From a virus (lineage: Duplodnaviria > Caudoviricetes), in IMG/VR virus record IMGVR_UViG_3300030100_000511, positions 1 through 43,995 of that record: a stretch of DNA of 43,995 nucleotides; one strand, given 5' to 3'. Positions within the stretch are counted from its first letter, which is position 1. Each line of letters opens with the position of its first letter. Below, in pieces: positions 34,206 to 43,125 of the stretch. A model generated the notes under the pieces. That model was not told the origin of the DNA, made no database searches, and saw only the letters and a program-made list of their open reading frames with translations. The position numbers and the translations under genes are program-made.

Positions 34206-34532
34206 CTAGTAGCCGATTCTCGTCCCGCTAGGCGATCCGTCGAGCATGTTGTAACGCTTTACCTTGCCCTCATCATCGAACTGGGCAACGAGATTTTGCT
34301 GCTGCATATTTGAGCCAAACGGCCCTACATGGACGTAATGCCATGTCAGCGTCAGTTGGCCTTCAGAGGAGTACTGTTGGGCCAAAGGCTGGCCAAACAT
34401 CCGCACCATCTCTTGTCGCGTCGTCTGACCCACCTCTATTCGCTCAAGGTTTGCGGCGTCCATTTTGGTGCCGCTGCTTGCGCAACCGGATAGCACCAGC
34501 GCAGCAAGTGCGCTGAAAATATATCGTTTCAT
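34206..34532 (-). CDS. Lipoprotein, BamE/SmpA-like fold
   Basis: MKRYIFSALAALVLSG-C lipobox; IEVGQTTRQEMVRMFGQP...W.Y...L...FDDEGKV. Confidence 0.8.
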   Translation of the reverse strand: MKRYIFSALAALVLSGCASSGTKMDAANLERIEVGQTTRQEMVRMFGQPLAQQYSSEGQLTLTWHYVHVGPFGSNMQQQNLVAQFDDEGKVKRYNMLDGSPSGTRIGY

Positions 34533-34586
34533 TCCAACCACCTAATTTTCCTATGCCTTTCTCAGTGAAATTCGGAGGCTGATAAA

Positions 34587-35099
34587 TTATTGATCCACTT
34601 CGGTAATGAAACGTTGTGCTGCGTAATAAGCGCGACTTTTTTTGTTTTCATCAGCGATCGGAGCATCAATAAGGCCTTCTGATGTTTCAACTCTGATCCA
34701 AGAGTCATCAGACGATGAGAGCTTCCTAACGACGCCGACTCCAGTGACAAAGCTTTTGCTTGACTCTCTCATAATATCGCCAGGCTCAGTGAACCCTGTA
34801 ATGCTTGCGGTAGAGCTAAGAGGATATACCTCACCATCGATTTTTAGCTGCGCACCCAAAATTGCCGTTGTTATATTAAGCATCCCGGCAGAAACCAGAA
34901 CATCGTCAGGCTTACTTTCTACCCATTGGAATCCAATATTAGGGCAGATAAAACCTTCACAAGAAGCCGCATGACGGCTAATGGTTACGACTTTAGCGTC
35001 ATCAAATCCGCTGTATGATACCTGGGCTGGATTTCCTGAGTTAGCGGCGCAGCCTGCCAAAGCCAGCGCCGAAACCAATGCCATTGGTATTATTCTCAC
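34587..35099 (-). CDS. Lipoprotein (moron-like)
   Basis: MRIIPMALVSALALAG-C lipobox; low GC; GTG overlaps the stop of the frameshifted chaperone frame. Confidence 0.75.
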   Translation of the reverse strand: MRIIPMALVSALALAGCAANSGNPAQVSYSGFDDAKVVTISRHAASCEGFICPNIGFQWVESKPDDVLVSAGMLNITTAILGAQLKIDGEVYPLSSTASITGFTEPGDIMRESSKSFVTGVGVVRKLSSSDDSWIRVETSEGLIDAPIADENKKSRAYYAAQRFITEVDQ

Positions 35100-35419
35100 T
35101 TCTGCCGCCCCCTGCTATTCAAGTGATCCCTAAATGCCGCGTCCATCTCCCGCATGATGGCCACGTACTCGTCAGCATCACAGGGTAGCACCAGCATTTG
35201 GCGCAGTGCAGCCATCTCGGTCAACGGGATGGGGCGAATGGCGGCCTGGCCCTCGGGGCGAGACGGGGAGAGGAGGCGGAAAACGTGGAGCCAGAACAGA
35301 ACTCGGTCATCCGCCTCGGGCGGCTCTCCTGCGGCGCCAGTCCCGAATCGCCGCTCGAGTAGGTCGCGCTCTTTTTCCCGCCCGGCCCACCGTAGATCAT
35401 AGAGCAGGGCGGCTACTGC
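35096..35419 (-). CDS. Tail assembly chaperone, -1 frameshift extension (gpT-like)
   Basis: Open -1 frame AVAALLYDLRWAG...FWLHVFRLLSPSRPEG..IRPIPLTEM...MDAAF with no own start; entered by slippage at A AAA AAG. Confidence 0.8.
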   Translation of the reverse strand, partial: AVAALLYDLRWAGREKERDLLERRFGTGAAGEPPEADDRVLFWLHVFRLLSPSRPEGQAAIRPIPLTEMAALRQMLVLPCDADEYVAIMREMDAAFRDHLNSRGRQK

Positions 35420-35787
35420 TTTTTTGCCTGCTGCTCAATGTCGTCGCGGCGGTAGTTCTCGAAGTCGTTGGCCTCGGCCATGATGGCCGCGACCAGCTCC
35501 GGATTGTCCATCAGGACCTCGACGGCAGCATCGACGCTGTAGGGGATGGACTGCCCCTGACCGTCGGTGACGTCCCGCCAGTCCAGCAGAATGCCCTCAG
35601 CGATGGATTTGTACAGCGCGCGCTGACGCTCCCCTGGGGTGCTGGCCTTGCGCTTGCCGTTGCGCTCCTGGGCCGCCAGGTAGTTCTCATTGCCTGCTCG
35701 GGCAATCAGGAACTGGCCGCCCATGATGCTGCACCAGGCGCCGTGCAGCGCCTTGTCGTTGTCGTTTCGTTTTGCGTTGAACGCCAT
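35413..35787 (-). CDS. Tail assembly chaperone (gpG-like)
   Basis: Follows the tail tube gene; FLIARAGN...ILLDW..V...IPYS; ends GCA AAA AAG CAG TAG. Confidence 0.85.
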   Translation of the reverse strand: MAFNAKRNDNDKALHGAWCSIMGGQFLIARAGNENYLAAQERNGKRKASTPGERQRALYKSIAEGILLDWRDVTDGQGQSIPYSVDAAVEVLMDNPELVAAIMAEANDFENYRRDDIEQQAKKQ

Positions 35788-35797
35788 CGGGGTCTCC

Positions 35798-36709
35798 TTA
35801 TGCCGGTGTGCGGGTGATGCGGACGGAATAGCCGGCGGTCACATCCAGGCGGTGCTGGGCATCCAGCTCGGCAACAGCGGGATCACTGCCGGACGGAATT
35901 GGCATGTCGCCGGACAGGTAGGTCTTCGCTGTTTCCAGCAGATAGGTGGTCGTGCCGTCGCTCATCTCGAACGAGGTGGTCACCGGTGCGCGCGTGATCG
36001 TCTTGGACCACAGGTTGAAGCCATCGGCGGTGAAGGCGAACGAAATGTTGCCAGTCACGTCCAGCATGCCCTTCACCTGGCGGCCCGGGGTGGCGCGACC
36101 GATACACAGCTGGGCCTCATACTGGTTGTCCAGGTTGAGGCCGTAGGTGGCGATACAGGTGCCGTCGAGAACTGCGCCGTCGATCTGGACGTCGCCGCCA
36201 TTGGTAGCTGCCGACATGACCGCCGTTGTGGTGGCGGTGTTGAACGTGTCGCCGCTGGCGTCGTAGTCCTGGTCATAGCCGGTGCCGGCGAACCCGATGG
36301 TGCCGGTGATCTTGGCGCCGGCCTCGATGGTCAGGGCGAGCGTGGAGACGCGCATGCCGGTCATCAGGACGTGCTTACCGATCTCCTGGTAGCTCACCAG
36401 AATCTCGAACGCCTTGTCGGCATTGCCGCCCGCGACCAATTCGCCGGTGGTGGGGTTCCAGTCGTTGCAGAAGGCTGCGGCGATGAAGTCGTCAAACGAC
36501 TGTGCCGAGAAATTGAAGTTGACGTCGCCGCCGACCTCATCGGACAGCCGAACCTCGTCGGTTTCCTCCCGGCGCCCCAGGTTCTCGCCAGCACCCTCGG
36601 TGTTGACGGTAATGGTTGGCCCGCCATCGGCGCGGCGCAGGATTTCCCAGGGATCGGTCGAGCCGTCCTCACGGTAGGCGATACGGATTGTAGAGCCGCT
36701 GTCTTGCAT
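35798..36709 (-). CDS. Major tail tube protein
   Basis: Start MQDSGSTIRIAY with SD GGAG; VGGDVNFNFS..SFDDFIAAAF; acidic and beta-rich. Confidence 0.85.
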   Translation of the reverse strand: MQDSGSTIRIAYREDGSTDPWEILRRADGGPTITVNTEGAGENLGRREETDEVRLSDEVGGDVNFNFSAQSFDDFIAAAFCNDWNPTTGELVAGGNADKAFEILVSYQEIGKHVLMTGMRVSTLALTIEAGAKITGTIGFAGTGYDQDYDASGDTFNTATTTAVMSAATNGGDVQIDGAVLDGTCIATYGLNLDNQYEAQLCIGRATPGRQVKGMLDVTGNISFAFTADGFNLWSKTITRAPVTTSFEMSDGTTTYLLETAKTYLSGDMPIPSGSDPAVAELDAQHRLDVTAGYSVRITRTPA

Positions 36710-36728
36710 GGGATTTTCTCCAGGCATG

Positions 36729-36750
36729 AAAAAAGCCGCTCAAGGCGGCT
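36729..36750 (-). terminator. Terminator hairpin
   Basis: AGCCGCCTTGAGCGGC followed by T6. Confidence 0.6.
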
Positions 36751-36772
36751 CGGAGGTGGGCGGTGGGGCGGT

Positions 36773-37171
36773 TTAGCCGACGCGGAAGGGCGTCGATACG
36801 TTCAGTTGATACCAGCCGTCAGAGGGGCCCGCGCGCCGCACTGACGAGGCGAGCGTCTCAAGGTGCCCGGTACGCCAGAATTGTAGATGCGCGGCCAGGG
36901 AGTCGGCGATCTGGTACGCCTGCCGGCTGCCCTGATTGTCCTTGGTGAACACCTGGCACATGATCAGCCCGGGGCGGCGAACGCAGGGTTCGGAACCAAC
37001 GCCAGCGACGAAGCTGTCGCCGTGCTGGATGGTCAGCCTCACCCATGGCTCCTGGTTGGCGATGGCCGTATCTACTGCGTCACCGTTGGGAGCGCCGTCA
37101 TAGGCGACCGGCACGCCATCCCAGGTCGCCATCCGTGTCGTGATGGCGATGCGGATCTCGTCGAAGGTCAT
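36773..37171 (-). CDS. Tail terminator-like protein (DUF4128-type)
   Basis: PWVRLTI...RRPGLIMCQVF...WYQLNVSTPFR. Confidence 0.75.
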   Translation of the reverse strand: MTFDEIRIAITTRMATWDGVPVAYDGAPNGDAVDTAIANQEPWVRLTIQHGDSFVAGVGSEPCVRRPGLIMCQVFTKDNQGSRQAYQIADSLAAHLQFWRTGHLETLASSVRRAGPSDGWYQLNVSTPFRVG

Positions 37172-37557
37172 CGGTTGGCATACTCCCTAGCGTTGTTCGC
37201 AGCGATCTGGAATATGCCCTGAGGGGCCTGCCCGGAATGGCCGTGCTCCAGTATCTCCCCGTAGGGGGTGGTATTGACGATGTAGAACACGTCGCCGTAA
37301 CGCAGTGAGGCCATCGCCGCTCGCGCATTGGCCAGGGTCGTCGTCCGCGACGGATCCCGCTTTTCTGGGTCGTAGCTCTCGTCGGGGCTGTTGACCGAGA
37401 AATTGTTGTTGGCCAGGAATCGACTGGTGTCCTTGGGCGAGCCGTAGATAACGCCGCGGACGTGGTGCTCTGACATATCGACCAGCCGCGCCAACTCTTC
37501 CTCGCGAACCTGGTCGGCGAATCCTGCGAGAGACTTGGTCCATCCTCGTTTAGCCAT
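37168..37557 (-). CDS. HK97 gp10-like tail completion protein
   Basis: SPKDTSRF..N...YIVNTTPY...LEHGHSGQAPQG. Confidence 0.8.
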   Translation of the reverse strand: MAKRGWTKSLAGFADQVREEELARLVDMSEHHVRGVIYGSPKDTSRFLANNNFSVNSPDESYDPEKRDPSRTTTLANARAAMASLRYGDVFYIVNTTPYGEILEHGHSGQAPQGIFQIAANNAREYANR

Positions 37558-37913
37558 CAGTTCCTCCTGAGCTGAACCGTCCAAGTGGCTTTGGCCGGGT
37601 CGGCGCCTACGTTGACCACCAGCATGCCGTCGATGGTGTCGTCGATCGCTGGGGTGTCGCTCACCTCATTCTGCAGCGCGGTCAGCTTCACGTCGGTGCG
37701 CCGGATGTGCTGGTCGTCGACCTCTTGGATCGAGTACCCGCCGAACACGCCGCGCCCGGAGTAGGTCACAGTCGTCTCGGGATAAGTGCCCTCGACGGGG
37801 TCAAACTCGCCCGATACGACAGTGCGCGAACCGGTGAACGTCGTCACCGCGTCAGCCAGGTCCTCGTCAAACGCTTCGGCGATATCTGCCTGAAGCTCGT
37901 CACGTAGCCCCAT
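37557..37913 (-). CDS. Head closure protein
   Basis: MGLRDELQADIAEAFD.DLADAV...YSGRGVFG.Y...DPAKATW.VQLR; position in the connector block. Confidence 0.7.
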   Translation of the reverse strand: MGLRDELQADIAEAFDEDLADAVTTFTGSRTVVSGEFDPVEGTYPETTVTYSGRGVFGGYSIQEVDDQHIRRTDVKLTALQNEVSDTPAIDDTIDGMLVVNVGADPAKATWTVQLRRN

Positions 37914-38301
37914 AGCCATACCCCACGGTAATACCCATCGGAATGGTCCGGTACGCTTCGATCAGCGCCAGTGCGAACTGCACTCGCTCGGGGAGAGCGG
38001 CATGCTCGCCATAAGCCGATACATCGGAGTAGCGCTTTTCGCTCTCGGCGGTATCGGCCTTGACTCGCTTCTGTGTCATGACGCCCTCGGTGTGCTGGGC
38101 GTAGAGCTGCCCATCAGCCGCCGCCGCCGACAGCTCTGCCCCCGCCATGATGATTTCGTCAGGCACAGGGGCAGGTAGCTGGATGCGCTGCGACGACAGA
38201 TAGGCGTTGGCCATTGCCACGAATCGGGCCTTTTCGGCGTCGGGCGCCCAGTCTGGGCCCAGCTTTCCGTCGACGTCTTCGACAGTCACGTATTGCGTCA
38301 T
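37900..38301 (-). CDS. Head-tail adaptor (DnaT-like/gp15-type)
   Basis: YVTVEDVD...MANAYL; follows the capsid genes. Confidence 0.7.
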   Translation of the reverse strand: MTQYVTVEDVDGKLGPDWAPDAEKARFVAMANAYLSSQRIQLPAPVPDEIIMAGAELSAAAADGQLYAQHTEGVMTQKRVKADTAESEKRYSDVSAYGEHAALPERVQFALALIEAYRTIPMGITVGYGYGAT

Positions 38302-38340
38302 GACAGCCTCGGTATTAGGGAGGCCCCGCAGGGCCTCGGG

Positions 38341-38556
38341 TTACTCGGCCGCTTTTTGTTGCGGCTGTTCGGCCTTATCGGCCGGCTTATCAGTCTTGGC
38401 GCCGGCGGATCGACCATCGACCTTCACCAGGATGCCGCGCTTTACCAGACCAGCCAGTCCACGCGCCTTGTCATCAAGGTCGGCCACCTTCTTCGGGGCG
38501 ATGACTGCACCACCCACGTTCACTACGCCGAGCGTCTCGTTACGGTACTTGGCCAT
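38341..38556 (-). CDS. Small capsid-associated protein
   Basis: MAKYRNET...; starts 3 nt after the MCP stop; low-complexity tail; followed by hairpin GAGGCCC-TGCG-GGGCCTC. Confidence 0.6.
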   Translation of the reverse strand: MAKYRNETLGVVNVGGAVIAPKKVADLDDKARGLAGLVKRGILVKVDGRSAGAKTDKPADKAEQPQQKAAE

Positions 38557-38558
38557 GA

Positions 38559-39515
38559 TCAGACTCCGGTTGCTTTGGTGAGGGCCAGCGGCCGATAGAT
38601 CGCAACACCAGAGCACTTGGCGATGCAGTCGATCACCATCTCCAGGTTGCGCTTCTCAGCGGGGAGCTGCTCGAACGGGCGCGGGATCTCGATAGACAGG
38701 TTGTCCACGTCGCGCTCGTACATCACCGCCTCGCCATTACCTTCGGCGGCCTCAAGCTCGGTCGATGCGATCAGAGACACGCCGGGGTGGATGGACTGGA
38801 AGGCCGCCCATACGCTCTGCCACTGCCCGCCGGTGTTGACGTTCTTCGACACCAGTGCCGAACGGCGGGTCGGGGCGACCGCCAGAGTGTTCGGCGTGTG
38901 GTTGTCGTAGGACTGCACCAGCACCGCGTCGTACATAGCCAGAAGGTCGTCGAGGATCTCCTGGCCGGTGGTGGCGGATGCGGACCAGCTCCCGGCGACC
39001 GCGGTGGTGCCGAGGTTGGGGTGATTGGTGAAGCCGTAGAAGCCGTGAGCGTCATCGCCGACCAGGGCCACCTTGTTGACGAGCTGGTCGATCGCGCGAC
39101 GCGCGGTGCGGCCCTTGCGCTCTGGCAGATTGGTGCCCATGGCGTTAGCCAGGCGCATCTCGTCCAAGCTGTAGCCGTAAGCGTCGCCCAGGCTCTTGAG
39201 CTTCAGGGTCTCTTCCTTGCCCACGACGTCGACGCGGGGCAGGTCATCGGCATAGTTCGAGATGAACTTGGCCATGCCCACTTCGTCGTATGTGCGGTAG
39301 GTAAAGGACTCGGCCCATTCCGGCACTTCGGTGGACACCGGCACCAGTTGAAGGCCAGTCAGGTTGGGGGTCTGGACTTCGTAGATGCGTGACTTCACGT
39401 AGTCGAGCTGGCGAGCCAGGAAGATTCCCTGGTCTTCTCGCTCAATGCCAAGGCGGTCGCCGGCATCCATTACCGCCGCAAGGTCGGCAGCGTCATAATG
39501 CATGTGCTGTTTCAT
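38559..39515 (-). CDS. Major capsid protein (DUF2184/HK97 fold)
   Basis: FLARQLDYVKSRIYE...DEVGMAKFISNYADDLPRVD...GVAIYRP. Confidence 0.92.
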   Translation of the reverse strand: MKQHMHYDAADLAAVMDAGDRLGIEREDQGIFLARQLDYVKSRIYEVQTPNLTGLQLVPVSTEVPEWAESFTYRTYDEVGMAKFISNYADDLPRVDVVGKEETLKLKSLGDAYGYSLDEMRLANAMGTNLPERKGRTARRAIDQLVNKVALVGDDAHGFYGFTNHPNLGTTAVAGSWSASATTGQEILDDLLAMYDAVLVQSYDNHTPNTLAVAPTRRSALVSKNVNTGGQWQSVWAAFQSIHPGVSLIASTELEAAEGNGEAVMYERDVDNLSIEIPRPFEQLPAEKRNLEMVIDCIAKCSGVAIYRPLALTKATGV

Positions 39516-39527
39516 CGGTTTCGATCC

Positions 39528-39953
39528 TTATGCGGTCGGGGAGTGGAGTTCGACAAGGGCCAGGACGGTGCCGTCACCCATGGTTTCGGCACCTGACCGG
39601 AATACGGCGTTCGGGTAGGCGGTGCCGGCGGAGGCGTCCTGCACTTCACCAGCAGCGTTGAATTCGACGGCGCCGCCGTCGGTAACGGAGCCGGCATCCA
39701 CCACCACGCACCAGACAAGGCCGCGTGTCATCACAGACACGTCGTCATACTGTGCGTAGTTGTCGACCTTGGTGTGAGTGTGCAACGCCACGCCCGCAAT
39801 GCGGGTTGCCGCCCCCTCAATCACGGCGCCATCGGCGTCAACGCCGACCACGTGGCCGAAGCGCACATCGGCGGCAGCCGGGAATGACTCGACGCGGTCG
39901 AATCCAGCGTCGGCCTTCATGCCCGCGCGGGCCTTATCCATCTGGTAGATCAT
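39528..39953 (-). CDS. Head decoration/cement protein
   Basis: Lies between the protease and MCP; AGMKAD...FG..V...VSVMTRGLVW. Confidence 0.75.
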   Translation of the reverse strand: MIYQMDKARAGMKADAGFDRVESFPAAADVRFGHVVGVDADGAVIEGAATRIAGVALHTHTKVDNYAQYDDVSVMTRGLVWCVVVDAGSVTDGGAVEFNAAGEVQDASAGTAYPNAVFRSGAETMGDGTVLALVELHSPTA

Positions 39954-41026
39954 TGGTCATCCTCCACTTTCTCGCCGCGCAGTCGGGCGGCCATTCTCTC
40001 GCGAGCTGACGCGGCGGTGGCGCCAGGCTTGGCGTCCTCGTGCGTCAAGGTGGTAGCCTTCTTGCGCTGGCTGGCGGCATCGTCGCGGCGCTTGTCGGCA
40101 TCGGCGCGTGCCAGGTCATAAGCGGCGTCGATGTAGGCCTCGGGCTTATCCTTGAGGTCCACGGCATCGCCACGCACGGCAGCGATGACGCCGGCCTTGA
40201 TATCGCGGTCAGAGGCATCCTCGGCAAACTTGACCTTGTGCTCCTTGGCTACGGCTTCCAGCTCAAGGCGGGCACGAGCCTGATCGACAGCGTCTTGCTT
40301 GATCTGCTCGGCCTTGTTCTCGGCTTCTTTCTTGGCCAGCTCAGCAGCATCGGCGCGGGCCTTTTCCTGCTCGAGCTTGGTGGTGGCATCGCCAAGGTCG
40401 GCGCGGGCCTGATCGTAGGCCTGAGCCACCTCGGGCGCGGCGTCGTACTCGATGCCGTTGTCGAGACGGACTTTTTTCATGGTGAATTCACCTTCATCGT
40501 CGTCGGTTGGTGTTGCGGCATCGGCCGCGTCGAGATTGAGGCGGGCATTACCGGCCCTGCCTACCGGGACAACCGCGAGATGGTTTACGCGGATGTTGGT
40601 TTGGATCGCGTCGTAACGCTCTCCGTTGTACTCGCCGGGCTCCTCGATCAGGTCGACCGAGTACCCGACAGACAGCTCTTTCCAGCCATCCTGTTTGATG
40701 ACGCGTGGGTCGTGGATCACGATGTCGCTGATGACGTTCTCGCCATCCTGACGCCCTTGGGTCGTCACGGTGCCGATTTGGTGGCGCTTCACTGTCGCCG
40801 CATCGACTTTGCCGTGGTGGCCTTTGGTGATGGGCTTGTTTCGGTACGAGGACAGGGAGTCCTCGGAAAACACGTCCTCGGCGCGGCGCAGTTCACGACG
40901 AACCCCGCCTTTGCCGTCGCGGTATTCAAAAACGCCCGTGCGGGTCAGCACGGGCGAGTCTTCGAGGTAGCCGTTTTCGTCATACCGGGCCTTGAGAGGC
41001 GCTCGGTCGTAGCGATTGACCGTCAT
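39950..41026 (-). CDS. DUF2213 prohead protease/scaffold
   Basis: RYD...GYL...TRTGVFEY...ELSVGY...NHLAVV..GRAG plus coiled-coil scaffold. Confidence 0.9.
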   Translation of the reverse strand: MTVNRYDRAPLKARYDENGYLEDSPVLTRTGVFEYRDGKGGVRRELRRAEDVFSEDSLSSYRNKPITKGHHGKVDAATVKRHQIGTVTTQGRQDGENVISDIVIHDPRVIKQDGWKELSVGYSVDLIEEPGEYNGERYDAIQTNIRVNHLAVVPVGRAGNARLNLDAADAATPTDDDEGEFTMKKVRLDNGIEYDAAPEVAQAYDQARADLGDATTKLEQEKARADAAELAKKEAENKAEQIKQDAVDQARARLELEAVAKEHKVKFAEDASDRDIKAGVIAAVRGDAVDLKDKPEAYIDAAYDLARADADKRRDDAASQRKKATTLTHEDAKPGATAASARERMAARLRGEKVEDDQ

Positions 41027-41886
41027 GTCAGCGTTACCTTGTCGCGTGGGGGCCATATCGGCTGGCCGTAGCAGCGGCACCTAACCGCAGAGCCAGGGTG
41101 GCCATCACTGGGTGGATTCGACCACTGGTAGGTGCGCCCCTCTCGGCGCCGGTGCTCGGGGCGCTCCCGAGCATCAAGGATGCCGCGCCAGGCGTACTCT
41201 TTGACGCCGATGGCCTGCTGCCTGGCTTGGGCTAGCTGGCTGTGCAGCTTGCCAACCTGGTCGTCGGCGATGAGCTGGGCACGCTTGACAGGCTTGTCAT
41301 AGGTCCCCTTGATGGTGGCGGCTAGATCCGTTGCTGATTGGCCTTCGTTAATTGCTCGAATCACCGTGCCCTGGAGCTCTTCCACATAGCGCTCGGGGAT
41401 AGACCGAATCAGTGACAGATTCTGCGCCTCCCATGCCCTGAGCATGTCGGTCAGCCACGGCTCATCCTTGGCGTACTGCTCGCCATACTGGGCCTTGGTC
41501 ATCCGCCTGATCTGTCGCAAGCCGTGCTCGCTGATCTGCTCGGCATAAACCACAACGCCTATCTCGTCTGCGGACGATGGCCCGGGCAGTGCCTCGACTT
41601 CCGGCTGGTTGCTCCCAATGACTGCTGCCAGGCCAACATCTTGCACGCCTGTCACAACACCCAAGGTGGACTCGAGCAACCCGGCCAGAAGATCGACCCA
41701 GGACCGTCCTGCTACCGGAGTGGCTGCATCGTCGGGGCGGTAACGATTGGCAGACTCAACCAGGCGCGGCACCTCGGGGATAAGGATCAGATTGCAGGCC
41801 TTGCCAAGCCGGCGAGCGTATTGCTTCAGCGCCTTGGCATACTGGCGTTCAATGCCGACCGGCTGCTGAAGCCTAGGCGCCATCAT
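41023..41886 (-). CDS. Minor head protein (SPP1 gp7/Mu F family)
   Basis: RAQLIADDQVGKL...Y.W....D.RERPEH...GHPG..VRCRC. Confidence 0.9.
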   Translation of the reverse strand: MMAPRLQQPVGIERQYAKALKQYARRLGKACNLILIPEVPRLVESANRYRPDDAATPVAGRSWVDLLAGLLESTLGVVTGVQDVGLAAVIGSNQPEVEALPGPSSADEIGVVVYAEQISEHGLRQIRRMTKAQYGEQYAKDEPWLTDMLRAWEAQNLSLIRSIPERYVEELQGTVIRAINEGQSATDLAATIKGTYDKPVKRAQLIADDQVGKLHSQLAQARQQAIGVKEYAWRGILDARERPEHRRREGRTYQWSNPPSDGHPGSAVRCRCYGQPIWPPRDKVTLT

Positions 41887-43117
41887 CTACCTCCAGCCCA
41901 TACAGGCCATCGCGGGCCATATGTTGTCGCACCTCATCACCGCTCACCGTGCCGGTGTCGAGGTCGATCTGCCGTGCGGCGGCCTCAGCTTGAGAGGCTT
42001 GGGCGTTATTCAGTCTTGTTTCTGCCTGCTGGGCGTCAGTCGGCGTCCACAGCGACGGCCACTTGATGCGCCACTGCCTTGGGGCGTCGATACCCGACTG
42101 TCGGGTGATTGCCTCGATCAGGCGATTGATGGCCGTCTGCGCGCACGTCTGCTGAATGCCCTCGCATAGGTCGTAGAGCCCCTCCAGGTCGTTCTCGCCA
42201 GTAGCGTTCAGGCCAGCGGCAGCACGCCCAAACAGCGCCGTCACCGGGATGCCGGTATCAGCAGACACGGCCATCTGAAATTCGGCGATCAGGTCCTTGA
42301 TGCCGGATACGTTCTGGTCATAGACCTGATAATCATCTTCTGCATCGACGGCCACGCCATTCATCAGGCTGCGCACCTCATCCACCAGGTCAACGCGCTT
42401 GCGTACGAGGTGTTCTTGGCCGTTCTGGATCAGTTCGGCCAACCCCTTCATGCGATGGACGGCCTGCTGCTTGCGCTTGAGCACTTCCAGCGAAAGCGTC
42501 AACGCCTTCTCGTAGCGCTCGATGGATCGGAATGGTGCGGTCGCGGCAGAGCGCCCTGACCAGGGCACAGAGGCGCCAACTCGCAACCTGGATGGCAGCG
42601 GGTCGCCATACACCGGCAACAGTCGCGACTCGTGGACTACGAAAAAACCCGTGGAGCCGCTGTTGCCAGCGGTGATGGGGCGGACGTGGTAATACTCCGG
42701 TTGGCCGTAGGTCGGCTCGCCGGGATCGTCGTAATAGCCCCCCGGCGCCACGGAGAGCTGGGGCAGCTCAATCACGCGGATCTCGGTGATCTGGCCAACA
42801 CTCTCCGGCAGGGGCTCATCCAAGGTGCCGGTATCGGTCAGCAACATCAGCGCTGCGCCGCCATCGAGACGCGACCAACGCAGGGCATCAGACATGTTCC
42901 CCACAAGGTCGAGGCGCTGGAGCTCCTCGGCAATCACTCGATCATCATCGCCCTCAATTTCGACGCCCCGAGACATGGCCAGATCAGCGGGCAGGTCAAT
43001 CACCCGAGCCGCAATCCCGCCCCGGGCGTACATGGTCGCCTGATCGGTGGGTGCGACCTGACGGCGGCGTTCGCCCAGCAGCGCCGAGCGATAGCCGTCC
43101 TCGTGGATGTTCGACAT
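41873..43117 (-). CDS. Portal protein (DUF1073 type)
   Basis: Start MSNIHEDG with SD AGGAG; ARVIDLPAD...WSRLDGG...IPVTALFGRAAAGLNATGENDL; follows terL. Confidence 0.9.
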   Translation of the reverse strand: MSNIHEDGYRSALLGERRRQVAPTDQATMYARGGIAARVIDLPADLAMSRGVEIEGDDDRVIAEELQRLDLVGNMSDALRWSRLDGGAALMLLTDTGTLDEPLPESVGQITEIRVIELPQLSVAPGGYYDDPGEPTYGQPEYYHVRPITAGNSGSTGFFVVHESRLLPVYGDPLPSRLRVGASVPWSGRSAATAPFRSIERYEKALTLSLEVLKRKQQAVHRMKGLAELIQNGQEHLVRKRVDLVDEVRSLMNGVAVDAEDDYQVYDQNVSGIKDLIAEFQMAVSADTGIPVTALFGRAAAGLNATGENDLEGLYDLCEGIQQTCAQTAINRLIEAITRQSGIDAPRQWRIKWPSLWTPTDAQQAETRLNNAQASQAEAAARQIDLDTGTVSGDEVRQHMARDGLYGLEVDDGA

Positions 43118-43125
43118 GGTGTCTC

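Noticed and set aside
35690-41071. Long plus-strand ORFs antisense to structural genes (e.g. 35690..36844, 40040..41071; also 9059..9952 and minus-strand 15565..16566)
   Set aside because: These are shadow ORFs expected from high-GC codon bias, with no RBS or recognisable motifs.
41873-43117. Anti-CBASS Acb1 label sometimes attached to DUF1073 proteins
   Set aside because: Size, motifs and position after terL indicate a portal, with no phosphoesterase extension.
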